IMG/VR virus record: IMGVR_UViG_3300007863_000006
Location: 1 to 35,927 of that record
Length of the DNA stretch: 35,927 bases
Reading direction: 5' to 3' (one strand)
Source of the DNA: a virus
Lineage: Duplodnaviria > Caudoviricetes
Every line of letters starts with the position of its first letter. Position 1 is the stretch's first letter. The notes below the pieces were generated by a model. The model was not told the origin of the DNA. It did not search any database and saw only the letters and a list, made by a program, of their open reading frames with translations. The position numbers and the translations under genes were made by a program. Positions 9,136 through 17,576 of this stretch are shown here, in pieces.

Positions 9136-9609
9136 ATGAAAACAATTAACATTAAAGGTAATAAATATGTTACCGTAAATGAACGACTAATTTATTTTAG
9201 ACAACAAAAACAATTTAAAAACTGGCAAATATTAGAATCTTTAGTGTCAATAGATACTATAGAAGGTATCTTTAAATGTACTATAAATGATGCAGATGGC
9301 AATATAGTTGCAGTTGCTCACACGCAAGAGTATCGTGACAGTTCTTATATTAATAAAACTTCTTTTGTAGAAAATGGATTTACATCTGCATTAGGTAGAG
9401 CATTAGGTTATTTAGGTATTGGTATAGATACTGCAATAGCATCTAATGACGAAGTTACAAACGCCAAAAATAATCAAGTCTGGTTGACAGCTTCACAATT
9501 TGAGGCAACACTAAAAGGATCTGAAAAGGCAGCATTAAATGTTTTAAAAGCCTTTAAAATGAAAGATGAATACAAAGAAAAAATAAATAATCAATTTAAC
9601 TTTAAATAA
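9136..9609 (+). CDS. Putative single-strand annealing protein (Rad52/Sak-like recombinase)
   Basis: IKGNKYVTVNERL..FR...FVENGFTSALGRALGYLGIG...IAS.DEV pattern; adjacent to SSB and near an exonuclease. Confidence 0.6.
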   Translation: MKTINIKGNKYVTVNERLIYFRQQKQFKNWQILESLVSIDTIEGIFKCTINDADGNIVAVAHTQEYRDSSYINKTSFVENGFTSALGRALGYLGIGIDTAIASNDEVTNAKNNQVWLTASQFEATLKGSEKAALNVLKAFKMKDEYKEKINNQFNFK

Positions 9610-9614
9610 TAATT

Positions 9615-9902
9615 ATGAGTGAACAAAAAAAATCAATCTATGTAAACGGTGTAAGATTTTTCCCAAAGGGAGATAAAGCGCCACAAAATTTATTAGCTAA
9701 TGGTGTAATTACACCAAATGAATTAATAAAATGTTTAAAGCAAGCTGAAGTACAAGATGCTAAAACAGAATACAAAGGCGAAACACAGTTTAAAATTAAC
9801 CTTTGGCAAAATGATGACAAATCAGTTTCTATGAGTTTTAACACTTGGAAACCTGAGGGATCTAAAGAAGCAGATGAGGGGGATGGCGATTTACCTTTTT
9901 AG
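9615..9902 (+). CDS. Putative single-stranded DNA-binding protein
   Basis: 95 aa, beta-rich, with an acidic tail ending EADEGDGDLPF. Follows the SSAP gene. Confidence 0.65.
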   Translation: MSEQKKSIYVNGVRFFPKGDKAPQNLLANGVITPNELIKCLKQAEVQDAKTEYKGETQFKINLWQNDDKSVSMSFNTWKPEGSKEADEGDGDLPF

Positions 9903-9918
9903 GTTATCGTTTTATAAG

Positions 9919-9949
9919 AAGGGATTCAGCAATGAGTCCCTTTTTTTTT
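9919..9949 (+). terminator. Intrinsic terminator
   Basis: AAGGGATTCA-GCAA-TGAGTCCCTT hairpin (GNRA loop) running into a T9 tract. Confidence 0.88.
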
Positions 9950-9975
9950 AAAGTTTTTTTTCATTTATGTTGTGA

Positions 9976-10000
9976 AATTGAAAATATTTTTTTACTTTTA
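9976..10000 (+). promoter_or_regulatory. Putative early promoter/operator, second copy
   Basis: AATTGAAAATATTTTTTTACTTTTA, a near-copy of 8883..8907, lying between a terminator and ATG 10023. Confidence 0.45.
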
Positions 10001-10022
10001 AATAAACAATAAAATTTATATT

Positions 10023-10178
10023 ATGATAACACAATTACAAGATTTAAAAGTTAAGTTAAAAGATGTTGAATCAAACATTAAATATTGCAAATATATAGGC
10101 GCACAAAATAAGCCAATATATAAATATTTTTTAGATAGACGTGACATTATTATTTCAACAATAAATAACATAAGATGA
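10023..10178 (+). CDS. Hypothetical protein, 51 aa (not in the ORF track)
   Basis: MITQLQDLKVKLKDVESNIKYCKY...INNIR*, with an ATGA overlap into the next ORF. Confidence 0.65.
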   Translation: MITQLQDLKVKLKDVESNIKYCKYIGAQNKPIYKYFLDRRDIIISTINNIR

Positions 10179-10258
10179 AAAATAGAAAATACGAAGCAAA
10201 TTTAATAGTATTTACCATATCAATAGTTAGTATGTTTTTAATATTAATAATAGCATAA
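10175..10258 (+). CDS. Single-TM micropeptide, 27 aa (not in the ORF track)
   Basis: MKNRKYEANLIVFTISIVSMFLILIIA*, coupled by ATGA upstream and TAATG downstream. Confidence 0.6.
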   Translation: MKNRKYEANLIVFTISIVSMFLILIIA

Positions 10259-10626
10259 TGGAAGTCAATAAAGAAAAAAGAAAACAAATACCACTATATA
10301 GTGGCTTGTTAAAATATTTCCCAGATGCATTATGTGAAGTTGCTAAAGTTAGTTACATAGGTAGCAAGCAACACCATCCTAATGAACCTTTGCACTGGGA
10401 TAGAAATAAATCGACTGATGATCTTGATGCATTAATGCGACATCTTATAGAATCTGGTAAAACAGATGTAGATGGCATATTACATACTGCAAAAGTTGCT
10501 TGGCGTGCTTTAGCACATTTACAAAAAGAATTAGAGAGTAAAAATGTAAGAAGCCAACAATGGCACGAAGACCAATATAATCGTAATAGATTGCCAGAGG
10601 ACCAAATAATATCAGGAACTGAATAA
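10258..10626 (+). CDS. dATP/dGTP diphosphohydrolase-domain protein (DUF5664-like)
   Basis: FPDALCEVAKVSYIGSKQH...W...DALMRHL...DVDGILHTAKVAWRALA matches this all-alpha family. Confidence 0.75.
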   Translation: MEVNKEKRKQIPLYSGLLKYFPDALCEVAKVSYIGSKQHHPNEPLHWDRNKSTDDLDALMRHLIESGKTDVDGILHTAKVAWRALAHLQKELESKNVRSQQWHEDQYNRNRLPEDQIISGTE

Positions 10627-10641
10627 ATAAAAAAAATAAAT

Positions 10642-10869
10642 ATGGAAGCAAATAAATACACACCTGTAGAAGAAGCAGCACTTTTTTTACACCAAAGAGT
10701 CAAAGCTATGGAAATAGAAATTGATAGATTAAATGATGTTAATGAATCATTATTTGATCAATATGAAATACAAAACGCTGAAATAGCTAGACTAGAAGAA
10801 TTAGTTATAAATATTAACAAACTTAAAGAAGAAAATAAACAATTAAAAAAAGCACTTATAGGATGTTAG
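10642..10869 (+). CDS. Coiled-coil hypothetical protein
   Basis: 75-aa heptad pattern, overlapping the next start. Confidence 0.65.
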   Translation: MEANKYTPVEEAALFLHQRVKAMEIEIDRLNDVNESLFDQYEIQNAEIARLEELVININKLKEENKQLKKALIGC

Positions 10870-11618
10870 TACAAAAAGATAGTAATGAATTATATCATCA
10901 ATCACCTGGTATTAGTGCAAGTGGTTTAAAGACAATATTTAAAAAATCTATATACCATTATTTAAATCAAAAACCTTTTGAGTCTAGTTCTATGGCTTTT
11001 GGTTCAGCTGTACATTGTGCAATGTTAGAGCCAGACGAGTTTTATAAAGAATATCACGTAATGCCAAAATTAGATCGTAGAACAAAAGATGGCAAAAGTC
11101 AATATGAATTGCAAAAACAAAAAGCAAGTGGCAAAATATTATTAAGTTATGATGACTTTAAAAAAATAGAACAGATATTAGTTAATTTTAGAGAACACGA
11201 TTTGGCACAAAAATTTTGTAAAGGTGATATTGAATACTCACACTACACTAAATATGACGATATAGAAGTTAGAATAAGACCTGACGTTTTAAACAAAGTA
11301 GGTAATTTTATTTGTGATGTAAAAACTTGTCAAGACAATTCACCAATGGCATTCAAAAGAGATGTGTATAAATATGCATACCATTTGCAAGCTGCATTCT
11401 ATATGGATATGTTAGGCATAAATGATTGGCGTTTTGTAGCTGTACAAAATACTTATCCTTATACTGTAGAGGTATATGCATTAGGTGAAGAACTAATAGA
11501 ACAAGGTAGAAGAGCTTGGCAAAAAGCATTTTCAGACTATAAATTATATATAGAATGTGGCATTGTATCAGGTTATAATTGGAACGATTTTAAAGATGAC
11601 GGAAGTCTAGTAATATAA
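10863..11618 (+). CDS. RecE/exodeoxyribonuclease VIII-like PD-(D/E)XK exonuclease (DUF3799-like)
   Basis: YH...ISASGLK, FGSAVHCAMLEP, RIRPD, DVKT and YHLQAAFY motifs. Confidence 0.88.
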   Translation: MLVQKDSNELYHQSPGISASGLKTIFKKSIYHYLNQKPFESSSMAFGSAVHCAMLEPDEFYKEYHVMPKLDRRTKDGKSQYELQKQKASGKILLSYDDFKKIEQILVNFREHDLAQKFCKGDIEYSHYTKYDDIEVRIRPDVLNKVGNFICDVKTCQDNSPMAFKRDVYKYAYHLQAAFYMDMLGINDWRFVAVQNTYPYTVEVYALGEELIEQGRRAWQKAFSDYKLYIECGIVSGYNWNDFKDDGSLVI

Positions 11619-11981
11619 ATGGATATATATAGAGAAATTATAGAAAGATTTTATAATATTAAATTAGATAACAAAACAAGAGAAAGAAAATACGTGTATG
11701 CTAGAGCTATCTATTATTATGTATCTAAAAATTATAGTAATTACAATATATCACAAATAGCTAGATCACTTAATAAAAATCACGCAACTGTTATATATGC
11801 TTTAAAAGAATTGCCTAATATGCTTAAATTTGACAAAAATTTAAAACAAGATTTTTTCTTTATACGTGAACTATGTAATTTCCATAATAAGCCAGATATG
11901 GACTTAGAAGAATTATTACATAAATACAATACTTTAGTAATTGAATATGATATATTAAAAGAAAAGTGTAAAAAAAGATAA
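11619..11981 (+). CDS. DnaA C-terminal (domain IV)-like DNA-binding protein
   Basis: TRERKYVYARAIYYY...ISQIARSLNKNHATVIYALK resembles the DnaA signature R...ARQ.AMYL...IG..F.RDHTTV.HA. Confidence 0.75.
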   Translation: MDIYREIIERFYNIKLDNKTRERKYVYARAIYYYVSKNYSNYNISQIARSLNKNHATVIYALKELPNMLKFDKNLKQDFFFIRELCNFHNKPDMDLEELLHKYNTLVIEYDILKEKCKKR

Positions 11982-12011
11982 ATAAAATTTTAAATTTGTA
12001 TTAAAACTACT

Positions 12012-12383
12012 ATGCGAGAAAATCCATTTAATAAATATTTAACAAAAGAGGATAAGTTACAGCATAGAATTATTAGTTATTTAAAATATCAATATCCTAG
12101 AGTGTTATATACACACGTTCCAAATGAAGGTAAACGATCTGTATTTGAGAGATATAAATTTAAGTACTTAGGAGCTAAAGCAGGTGTGCCAGATTTATTA
12201 ATATTTAAACCTAATAAAACATATTGTGGCTTGGCATTAGAATTGAAGGTGGGTTATAACAAACCTACTAAGTTACAAAAAGAATGGTTAAAAAATTTGG
12301 AGGATAATAATTGGTTAGCGTTATGTCTAAATAATTATGAAGAAATTGTAGAAACAATAGATAAATATTTAAAAAATGTATAA
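12012..12383 (+). CDS. VRR-NUC domain nuclease (putative Holliday junction resolvase)
   Basis: E..LQ..I, HVPNEGKR, GAKAGVPDL, LELK and TKLQKEW motifs. Confidence 0.88.
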   Translation: MRENPFNKYLTKEDKLQHRIISYLKYQYPRVLYTHVPNEGKRSVFERYKFKYLGAKAGVPDLLIFKPNKTYCGLALELKVGYNKPTKLQKEWLKNLEDNNWLALCLNNYEEIVETIDKYLKNV

Positions 12384-12612
12384 AGTGTATTTTGACTCAA
12401 ACAATCAAAAGGTAAGATGGACGCAAACATCTACAGACAATTTACATTATGATTATCAATATGTTGGCGCAATGACTAGAGTTGAATTTGATTTATTAGT
12501 TGAGGTCTTATGGGAAATCTTTGAAGATAAAGATATACCGTTTGAAGATTTTAAAAAATATTTTAATGATATTAGAGTTTTTTGCGACAAGATAAAGGTC
12601 TTAATGGAATAA
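12376..12612 (+). CDS. Hypothetical protein
   Basis: 78-aa ORF overlapping the upstream stop, within the operon. Confidence 0.65.
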   Translation: MYKVYFDSNNQKVRWTQTSTDNLHYDYQYVGAMTRVEFDLLVEVLWEIFEDKDIPFEDFKKYFNDIRVFCDKIKVLME

Positions 12613-12622
12613 GTAACAGACA

Positions 12623-13501
12623 ATGAAAATAAATAAAATAATAAAACCTAAGCGTTTTGCACGCTTTACTGTAATTCCATCTGCCATATTTAGATTTAAA
12701 AATATAAGTATTGGTGCTACAGGCTTATATGCTTATTTGTTTAGTCACGACATCAAACAAGAAATTACAATTACATTTATTTGCAATCATTTTAAAGATG
12801 GTAGAGATGCCATTAATAGTAGATTTAAAGAACTTATAGAAAAGGGTTTTATAATACGTGAAAAAGTAAGAATTAAAGGTAAATTTGTTGGTACTAATTA
12901 CATACTTAATGATGTACCACAAACGGAAAAACCACAGACGGAAAAACCACGTGTGGCAAATCCTCAACAAAGTAATACTAATAGTATATATACTAATAAT
13001 AATAAAAGTAATATAAGTACTAAAAATAAAATGCCAATAAAATATAGTGAAACATCCAAAAAGGCATTTAATTATTTTGTACAATTATTTCCAGAAAAAA
13101 ATAAGCCAAAAACAAAAGCACAAAAAACTAAATGGTTAGACTGTTTAGATAAAATAGAAAGATTAGATAAATATGATTTGCGTGATGTTTATGCTGTAAG
13201 TAGAGAATTAAGAAATGATGCATTTTGGAAAAATAATTTTTTAAGCATTTTAAAATTAAGAAACATTGATAAGAATGGCATAAAGTACATAGATCGTTTT
13301 ATGTTAGCTAAAGAAGATGATGTTCATACTATAAAGAAAAAAATACAAGGTGCTATAAAATTTTATAAATATAACGAGACAAATGGCAATACAGCTATAG
13401 GTGTAAAAACAATTAATGGTGATATAGATTATACAATGTTAAAAACAATGTTAGATAAAAATGATATAGATATAATTTTAAATAATATTGATGACATTTG
13501 A
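12623..13501 (+). CDS. Phage replication initiator (N-terminal winged HTH, internal iteron linker)
   Basis: FTVIP......ISIGATGLYAYLFS...DGRDAINSRFKELIEKGFI pattern, followed by PQTEK repeats and an Asn-rich linker. Confidence 0.78.
   Translation: MKINKIIKPKRFARFTVIPSAIFRFKNISIGATGLYAYLFSHDIKQEITITFICNHFKDGRDAINSRFKELIEKGFIIREKVRIKGKFVGTNYILNDVPQTEKPQTEKPRVANPQQSNTNSIYTNNNKSNISTKNKMPIKYSETSKKAFNYFVQLFPEKNKPKTKAQKTKWLDCLDKIERLDKYDLRDVYAVSRELRNDAFWKNNFLSILKLRNIDKNGIKYIDRFMLAKEDDVHTIKKKIQGAIKFYKYNETNGNTAIGVKTINGDIDYTMLKTMLDKNDIDIILNNIDDI
12916..13030. other. Candidate replication origin inside the initiator gene
   Basis: Three 15-bp tandem units (ACCACAAACGGAAAA, ACCACAGACGGAAAA, ACCACGTGTGGCAAA), then an AT-rich tract containing the palindrome TAGTATATATACTA (12982..12995). 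Confidence 0.55.
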
Positions 13502-13910
13502 AGATATTTTTGAATTGGAAAGGCAATTAGTTTTTCTACTAAATCAAAGTGGTTGGAACTTAGAGTGGGACAAAGATGAATATAGTTTCTTTGATGCAAA
13601 AGGTTATGATAAAAATGGCGATAGTTGTATTGTAGAAATGAAATTTAGAAATCAATACTACTTAAATAAAATGTTAGAAGAAAAAAAATACAATAATTTA
13701 ATAAACAATAAAAACTACAAAAAAAAATATTATGCTGTAGTTGATAACAAAGGATGTTTTATTTACGATTTACACAATGTAGATATAACATTAACTAAGT
13801 CAATAGAATGTCCAGTAAAAACAATAACCGATAAAAAAGTAACAAAAATTAAAAAAATAATTTTACTTTTATATCACGACGCAATGAAATACAATTACAA
13901 ATTTTTTTAA
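13488..13910 (+). CDS. Putative PD-(D/E)XK nuclease-like protein
   Basis: E...YSFFDA...IVEMKFR...EKKY motif arrangement. Confidence 0.55.
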   Translation: MMTFEDIFELERQLVFLLNQSGWNLEWDKDEYSFFDAKGYDKNGDSCIVEMKFRNQYYLNKMLEEKKYNNLINNKNYKKKYYAVVDNKGCFIYDLHNVDITLTKSIECPVKTITDKKVTKIKKIILLLYHDAMKYNYKFF

Positions 13911-13920
13911 ACAATGAAAA

Positions 13921-15600
13921 ATGTCTTACTACAATGATCTCACAGAATTAGGAATAATACTGAAAAAAACAAGTGGCATATGTAAAGTAAAATGTCCTGA
14001 ATGTTTACATACTAGAAAAAACAAAAAAGATACACCACTATCAGTAAATATAGATGAGGGTTTATATAATTGTCATAACTGTGGCTATTCTGGTAATGTT
14101 AAATTTAAATCTAAACCAGAGTACATAGTACCAGTAAAACAAAATGCAGAAGTAACTGAACGTGTTTTGAAATGGTTTGCTACAAGAAAAATATCTGAGC
14201 CAACTCTAGTGCATTGGAAAGTAGGCGAATCTTTAGAGTATATGCCACAAGTACAGAAAAAACGTAGAGTTGTAAATTTTAATTACTACAGAGAAAATAA
14301 ATTAGTTAATGTAAAATATAGAGATTCTGAAAAAAACTTTAAAATGGTTTCAGGAGCTGAACTAATATTTTATGGTCTTGATAATATAAAAAACTCAGAT
14401 TCAGTTTACATAGTAGAAGGCGAAATGGATGCACTTAGTATGCACGAATCAGGAATTTATTCTGTATGTAGTGTACCTAATGGAGCAAGTAAAGGCAATC
14501 AAAAACTAGAATACTTAGACAACTGTTATCAATATTTTAAAAATAAAAAATCTATAATTATTTGTACGGATAACGATGAAGCAGGTTTAATGCTTAGAAA
14601 TGAATTAGCTAGAAGGTTTGGTTTTTATAAATGCAAATATGTTGATTTTGGCGAGTTTAAAGACGCTAATGATGTTTTGTTATTAAAAGGTACAGAAACA
14701 CTTAGAAGTGTTGTTAAAAACGCTAAAAACTTTCCTCTCGAGGGTGTTTTAAATATAAATGACATATGGCAAAACGTGTTAAGCTATAATGAAAAGGGAA
14801 TAAAAAATTATTCCATAGGTATGGGACAATCTGATGAATATTGGAAATTAGCATTTGGAGAATGGACCGTTGTTACTGGCATACCAAATAGTGGTAAAAG
14901 TGATGTAGTTGACCAAATCTGTTGTAATCTAGCTACACAATATGGTTTTAGATGTGCAATGTTTTCACCAGAATCATTTCCATATGAAGGGCATATTAAG
15001 AGAATAGCAAATAAATTAAATAAAACAAATTGTAATACTGATGAGCTTAACAATACGAAAGATTTTATAGAAGAACATTTTAATTGGATAAAAATAGATT
15101 TAGAAAATTTAACATTAAAAGGTATTTTAAACGCATTTAAAGAATTAGTATTTCAAAAAGGTATAAACGTTTGTGTTATAGACCCTTACAATATGTTAGA
15201 TCACTCTGCGCAACGTGACCACTCCTATGTAGGTAAACTATTAAGTGAAATAACACAGTTTTGTCAACAAACTAAAACACATTTATTTTTAGTAGCACAT
15301 CCTAGAAAAATAGAAACTATAGAAGGCACTTACAAAAAACCAACTTTATATGATATATCTGGTAGTGCAGATTTTTTTAATAAAGCATACAACGGATTGA
15401 TTGTTTATAGATGTATTGGTCAAAAATCTAAATACAAAAGTGATTTAGTTAAAATGTATGTAGAGAAAGTAAAACGTAAAGAAAACGGTCAACTAGGTGA
15501 ATTTGAGATTGCACCAGATTTTAATGCAGGTGGTGTTTATAAGCATTTAGAATTGGCTAAGAAAAAGTTTGAAGTAATCAAAGATAATATTCCTTTTTAA
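13921..15600 (+). CDS. Bifunctional primase-helicase (T7 gp4/Twinkle-like)
   Basis: Zn finger CPEC...CHNC, Toprim VEGEMDALS and DND, Walker A TGIPNSGKS, Walker B VIDP, VAHPRK and DISGS. Confidence 0.93.
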   Translation: MSYYNDLTELGIILKKTSGICKVKCPECLHTRKNKKDTPLSVNIDEGLYNCHNCGYSGNVKFKSKPEYIVPVKQNAEVTERVLKWFATRKISEPTLVHWKVGESLEYMPQVQKKRRVVNFNYYRENKLVNVKYRDSEKNFKMVSGAELIFYGLDNIKNSDSVYIVEGEMDALSMHESGIYSVCSVPNGASKGNQKLEYLDNCYQYFKNKKSIIICTDNDEAGLMLRNELARRFGFYKCKYVDFGEFKDANDVLLLKGTETLRSVVKNAKNFPLEGVLNINDIWQNVLSYNEKGIKNYSIGMGQSDEYWKLAFGEWTVVTGIPNSGKSDVVDQICCNLATQYGFRCAMFSPESFPYEGHIKRIANKLNKTNCNTDELNNTKDFIEEHFNWIKIDLENLTLKGILNAFKELVFQKGINVCVIDPYNMLDHSAQRDHSYVGKLLSEITQFCQQTKTHLFLVAHPRKIETIEGTYKKPTLYDISGSADFFNKAYNGLIVYRCIGQKSKYKSDLVKMYVEKVKRKENGQLGEFEIAPDFNAGGVYKHLELAKKKFEVIKDNIPF

Positions 15601-15800
15601 TGACTAAAAAACATTATAAAGCAATACAATGGTGTATAAATAATAATATTTATGTTAGTGCTTATCCTACTACGTTAGGCACAAAAGTAGAAATAAATAA
15701 TAATGGTAAAACCTTTATTTCACCTAGTACTTACAGTAAGAAACAGTTAGATTTTAAAATATGGGAATTATATTTGTATCTTTATGACCAAAATAATTAA
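15600..15800 (+). CDS. Hypothetical protein
   Basis: 66 aa, TAATG-coupled to the helicase gene. Confidence 0.65.
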   Translation: MTKKHYKAIQWCINNNIYVSAYPTTLGTKVEINNNGKTFISPSTYSKKQLDFKIWELYLYLYDQNN

Positions 15801-15802
15801 CA

Positions 15803-16180
15803 ATGGCTAAAAGACAAAATCCAACGCTTAAAAAAGCAATGATAAAAGCAATGGAGAAATGTATGGGAATAGTTACTACAGCTGCTAAGATGGCTGGCAT
15901 TAACAGGTCTACACATTATGAATGGTTAAAAACAGACTTAGAGTATAAAGACAAAGTAGAAGCATTAGAAGATTTAATATTAGATTTTGCAGAAACTAAT
16001 CTACACCAACAAATAGAAGAGGGTAATACAACTGCTACAATATTTTTACTTAAAACTAGAGGTCGCAAAAGGGGATATATAGAACGTCAAAACATTAAAA
16101 TGGAAGCTGACATTAATACAACAAAAATATCGCCTGAAGGACAAAAGAAAATTGACGATATTTTGAATGACGAATATTAA
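15803..16180 (+). CDS. terS: Terminase small subunit
   Basis: HTH (GIVTTAAKMAGINRSTHYEWLK) and ATIFLLKTRGRKRGYIE, directly upstream of the large subunit. Confidence 0.8.
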   Translation: MAKRQNPTLKKAMIKAMEKCMGIVTTAAKMAGINRSTHYEWLKTDLEYKDKVEALEDLILDFAETNLHQQIEEGNTTATIFLLKTRGRKRGYIERQNIKMEADINTTKISPEGQKKIDDILNDEY

Positions 16181-17525
16181 CGGATTAATAAAAGATAAGT
16201 GTCAGGATTCATTACTTTTTTTTACTAGATATATATTTAAAGAAAATACTGGTAATAAGTTTGAAGTTGCTGAATTTCACAAAACATTAGCTAATACTTT
16301 ACAAAGTGTTTATGATGGCGATATAAAACGTCTAATTATAAACATACCTCCACGTTATGGTAAAACAGAAATAGCTGTAAAGATGTATATCTGTTGGGTG
16401 TTGTCAAAAAATCCATATGCTAAATTTATACACTTATCTTACTCAGATGCATTAGCATTGGATAACAGTTCACAAACTAGAGAATACATACAGTCAGATG
16501 CGTTTCAACGTGTATGGGACATAACACTTAAAAAAGACAGCCAATCACAAAAGAAGTGGTACACTACACAAGGAGGTGGTGTTTATGCTACTGCTAGTGG
16601 TGGTGCTATAACAGGATTCGGTGCAGGTAGTGGTGGTGCTATAATAATTGATGACCCACTAAAACCAGATGATGCAACTTCAGATGTAAGAAGATCTTTT
16701 ATTAATAACAGATATAATACAACTATTAGGTCTAGGGTAAATGACAGAGATGTGCCAATAATTGTTATTATGCAACGATTACACGAAGAGGACTTAAGTG
16801 GTTATCTTTTAGATGGCAACAGTGGTGAAGAGTGGCATCATTTAAAATTATCTGCAATACAAGAAAACAATGTGCCATTATGGAAAAGTAAACATTCTTT
16901 TGAAGAACTAGAAGCAATAAGGCAAGCAGATAGATATACCTTTAGTGGTCAGTATTTACAAGAACCTGCACCATTAGAAGGTGGTGAATGGCGAATAGAT
17001 TGGTTTAACATAATTAATAAAGCAGAAGTACCTAATGATATAAATTGGGAAATGTTTGTCGATGGTGCTTATACAAAAGACACAAAGAACGATCCAACAG
17101 GAATACAGATAAGTGGTAAAAGTGGTGATAATTTATATATACTTAAAAGTATAGATAAATATTTAGAAATGCCAGAACTTAAAACTTTTATAAGTAGTTT
17201 TATAAAAAACTGTGGTGTTAATATTAGTCAAATACTAATAGAGCCTAAAGCATCTGGTAAATCATTAGTGCAATTGTTAAGGCGAGAAACAAATTACAAT
17301 GTGTCAGAATTAAAAACTGATTTTGTTAGATACAGTAAAATAGAAAGAGCTAGAGCTTCATCACCATTTATTGAAGGTGGGCGAGTTTATTTAATTAAAG
17401 ACTATTGGAACGATGGTTATTTACAACAAGTTAGCACATTTCCTAATGCAAAACACGATGAACATATTGACGTTACATCTTACGCAATAGAGCGCAATTT
17501 ACTAAAAAATTTCTTTATTGTATAA
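16167..17525 (+). CDS. terL: Terminase large subunit
   Basis: Walker A INIPPRYGKT, Walker B IIIDDPLK, MQRLHEEDL, YLQEP and nuclease motif FPNAKHDEHID. Confidence 0.96.
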   Translation: MTNINGLIKDKCQDSLLFFTRYIFKENTGNKFEVAEFHKTLANTLQSVYDGDIKRLIINIPPRYGKTEIAVKMYICWVLSKNPYAKFIHLSYSDALALDNSSQTREYIQSDAFQRVWDITLKKDSQSQKKWYTTQGGGVYATASGGAITGFGAGSGGAIIIDDPLKPDDATSDVRRSFINNRYNTTIRSRVNDRDVPIIVIMQRLHEEDLSGYLLDGNSGEEWHHLKLSAIQENNVPLWKSKHSFEELEAIRQADRYTFSGQYLQEPAPLEGGEWRIDWFNIINKAEVPNDINWEMFVDGAYTKDTKNDPTGIQISGKSGDNLYILKSIDKYLEMPELKTFISSFIKNCGVNISQILIEPKASGKSLVQLLRRETNYNVSELKTDFVRYSKIERARASSPFIEGGRVYLIKDYWNDGYLQQVSTFPNAKHDEHIDVTSYAIERNLLKNFFIV

Positions 17526-17536
17526 ATACTTTTAAA

Positions 17537-17554
17537 TTTTGTATTTTTACAAAA
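17537..17554 (+). promoter_or_regulatory. Putative late promoter/operator dyad upstream of the portal gene
   Basis: TTTTGTA-TTTT-TACAAAA inverted repeat containing a TAnnTTTA box. Confidence 0.45.
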
Positions 17555-17576
17555 AATTTATTATAAGCAAAAAAAT

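Noticed and set aside
10258-10626. 2-aminoadenine (Z) genome system
   Set aside because: No PurZ, DatZ-like HD phosphatase or dedicated polymerase was recognised.
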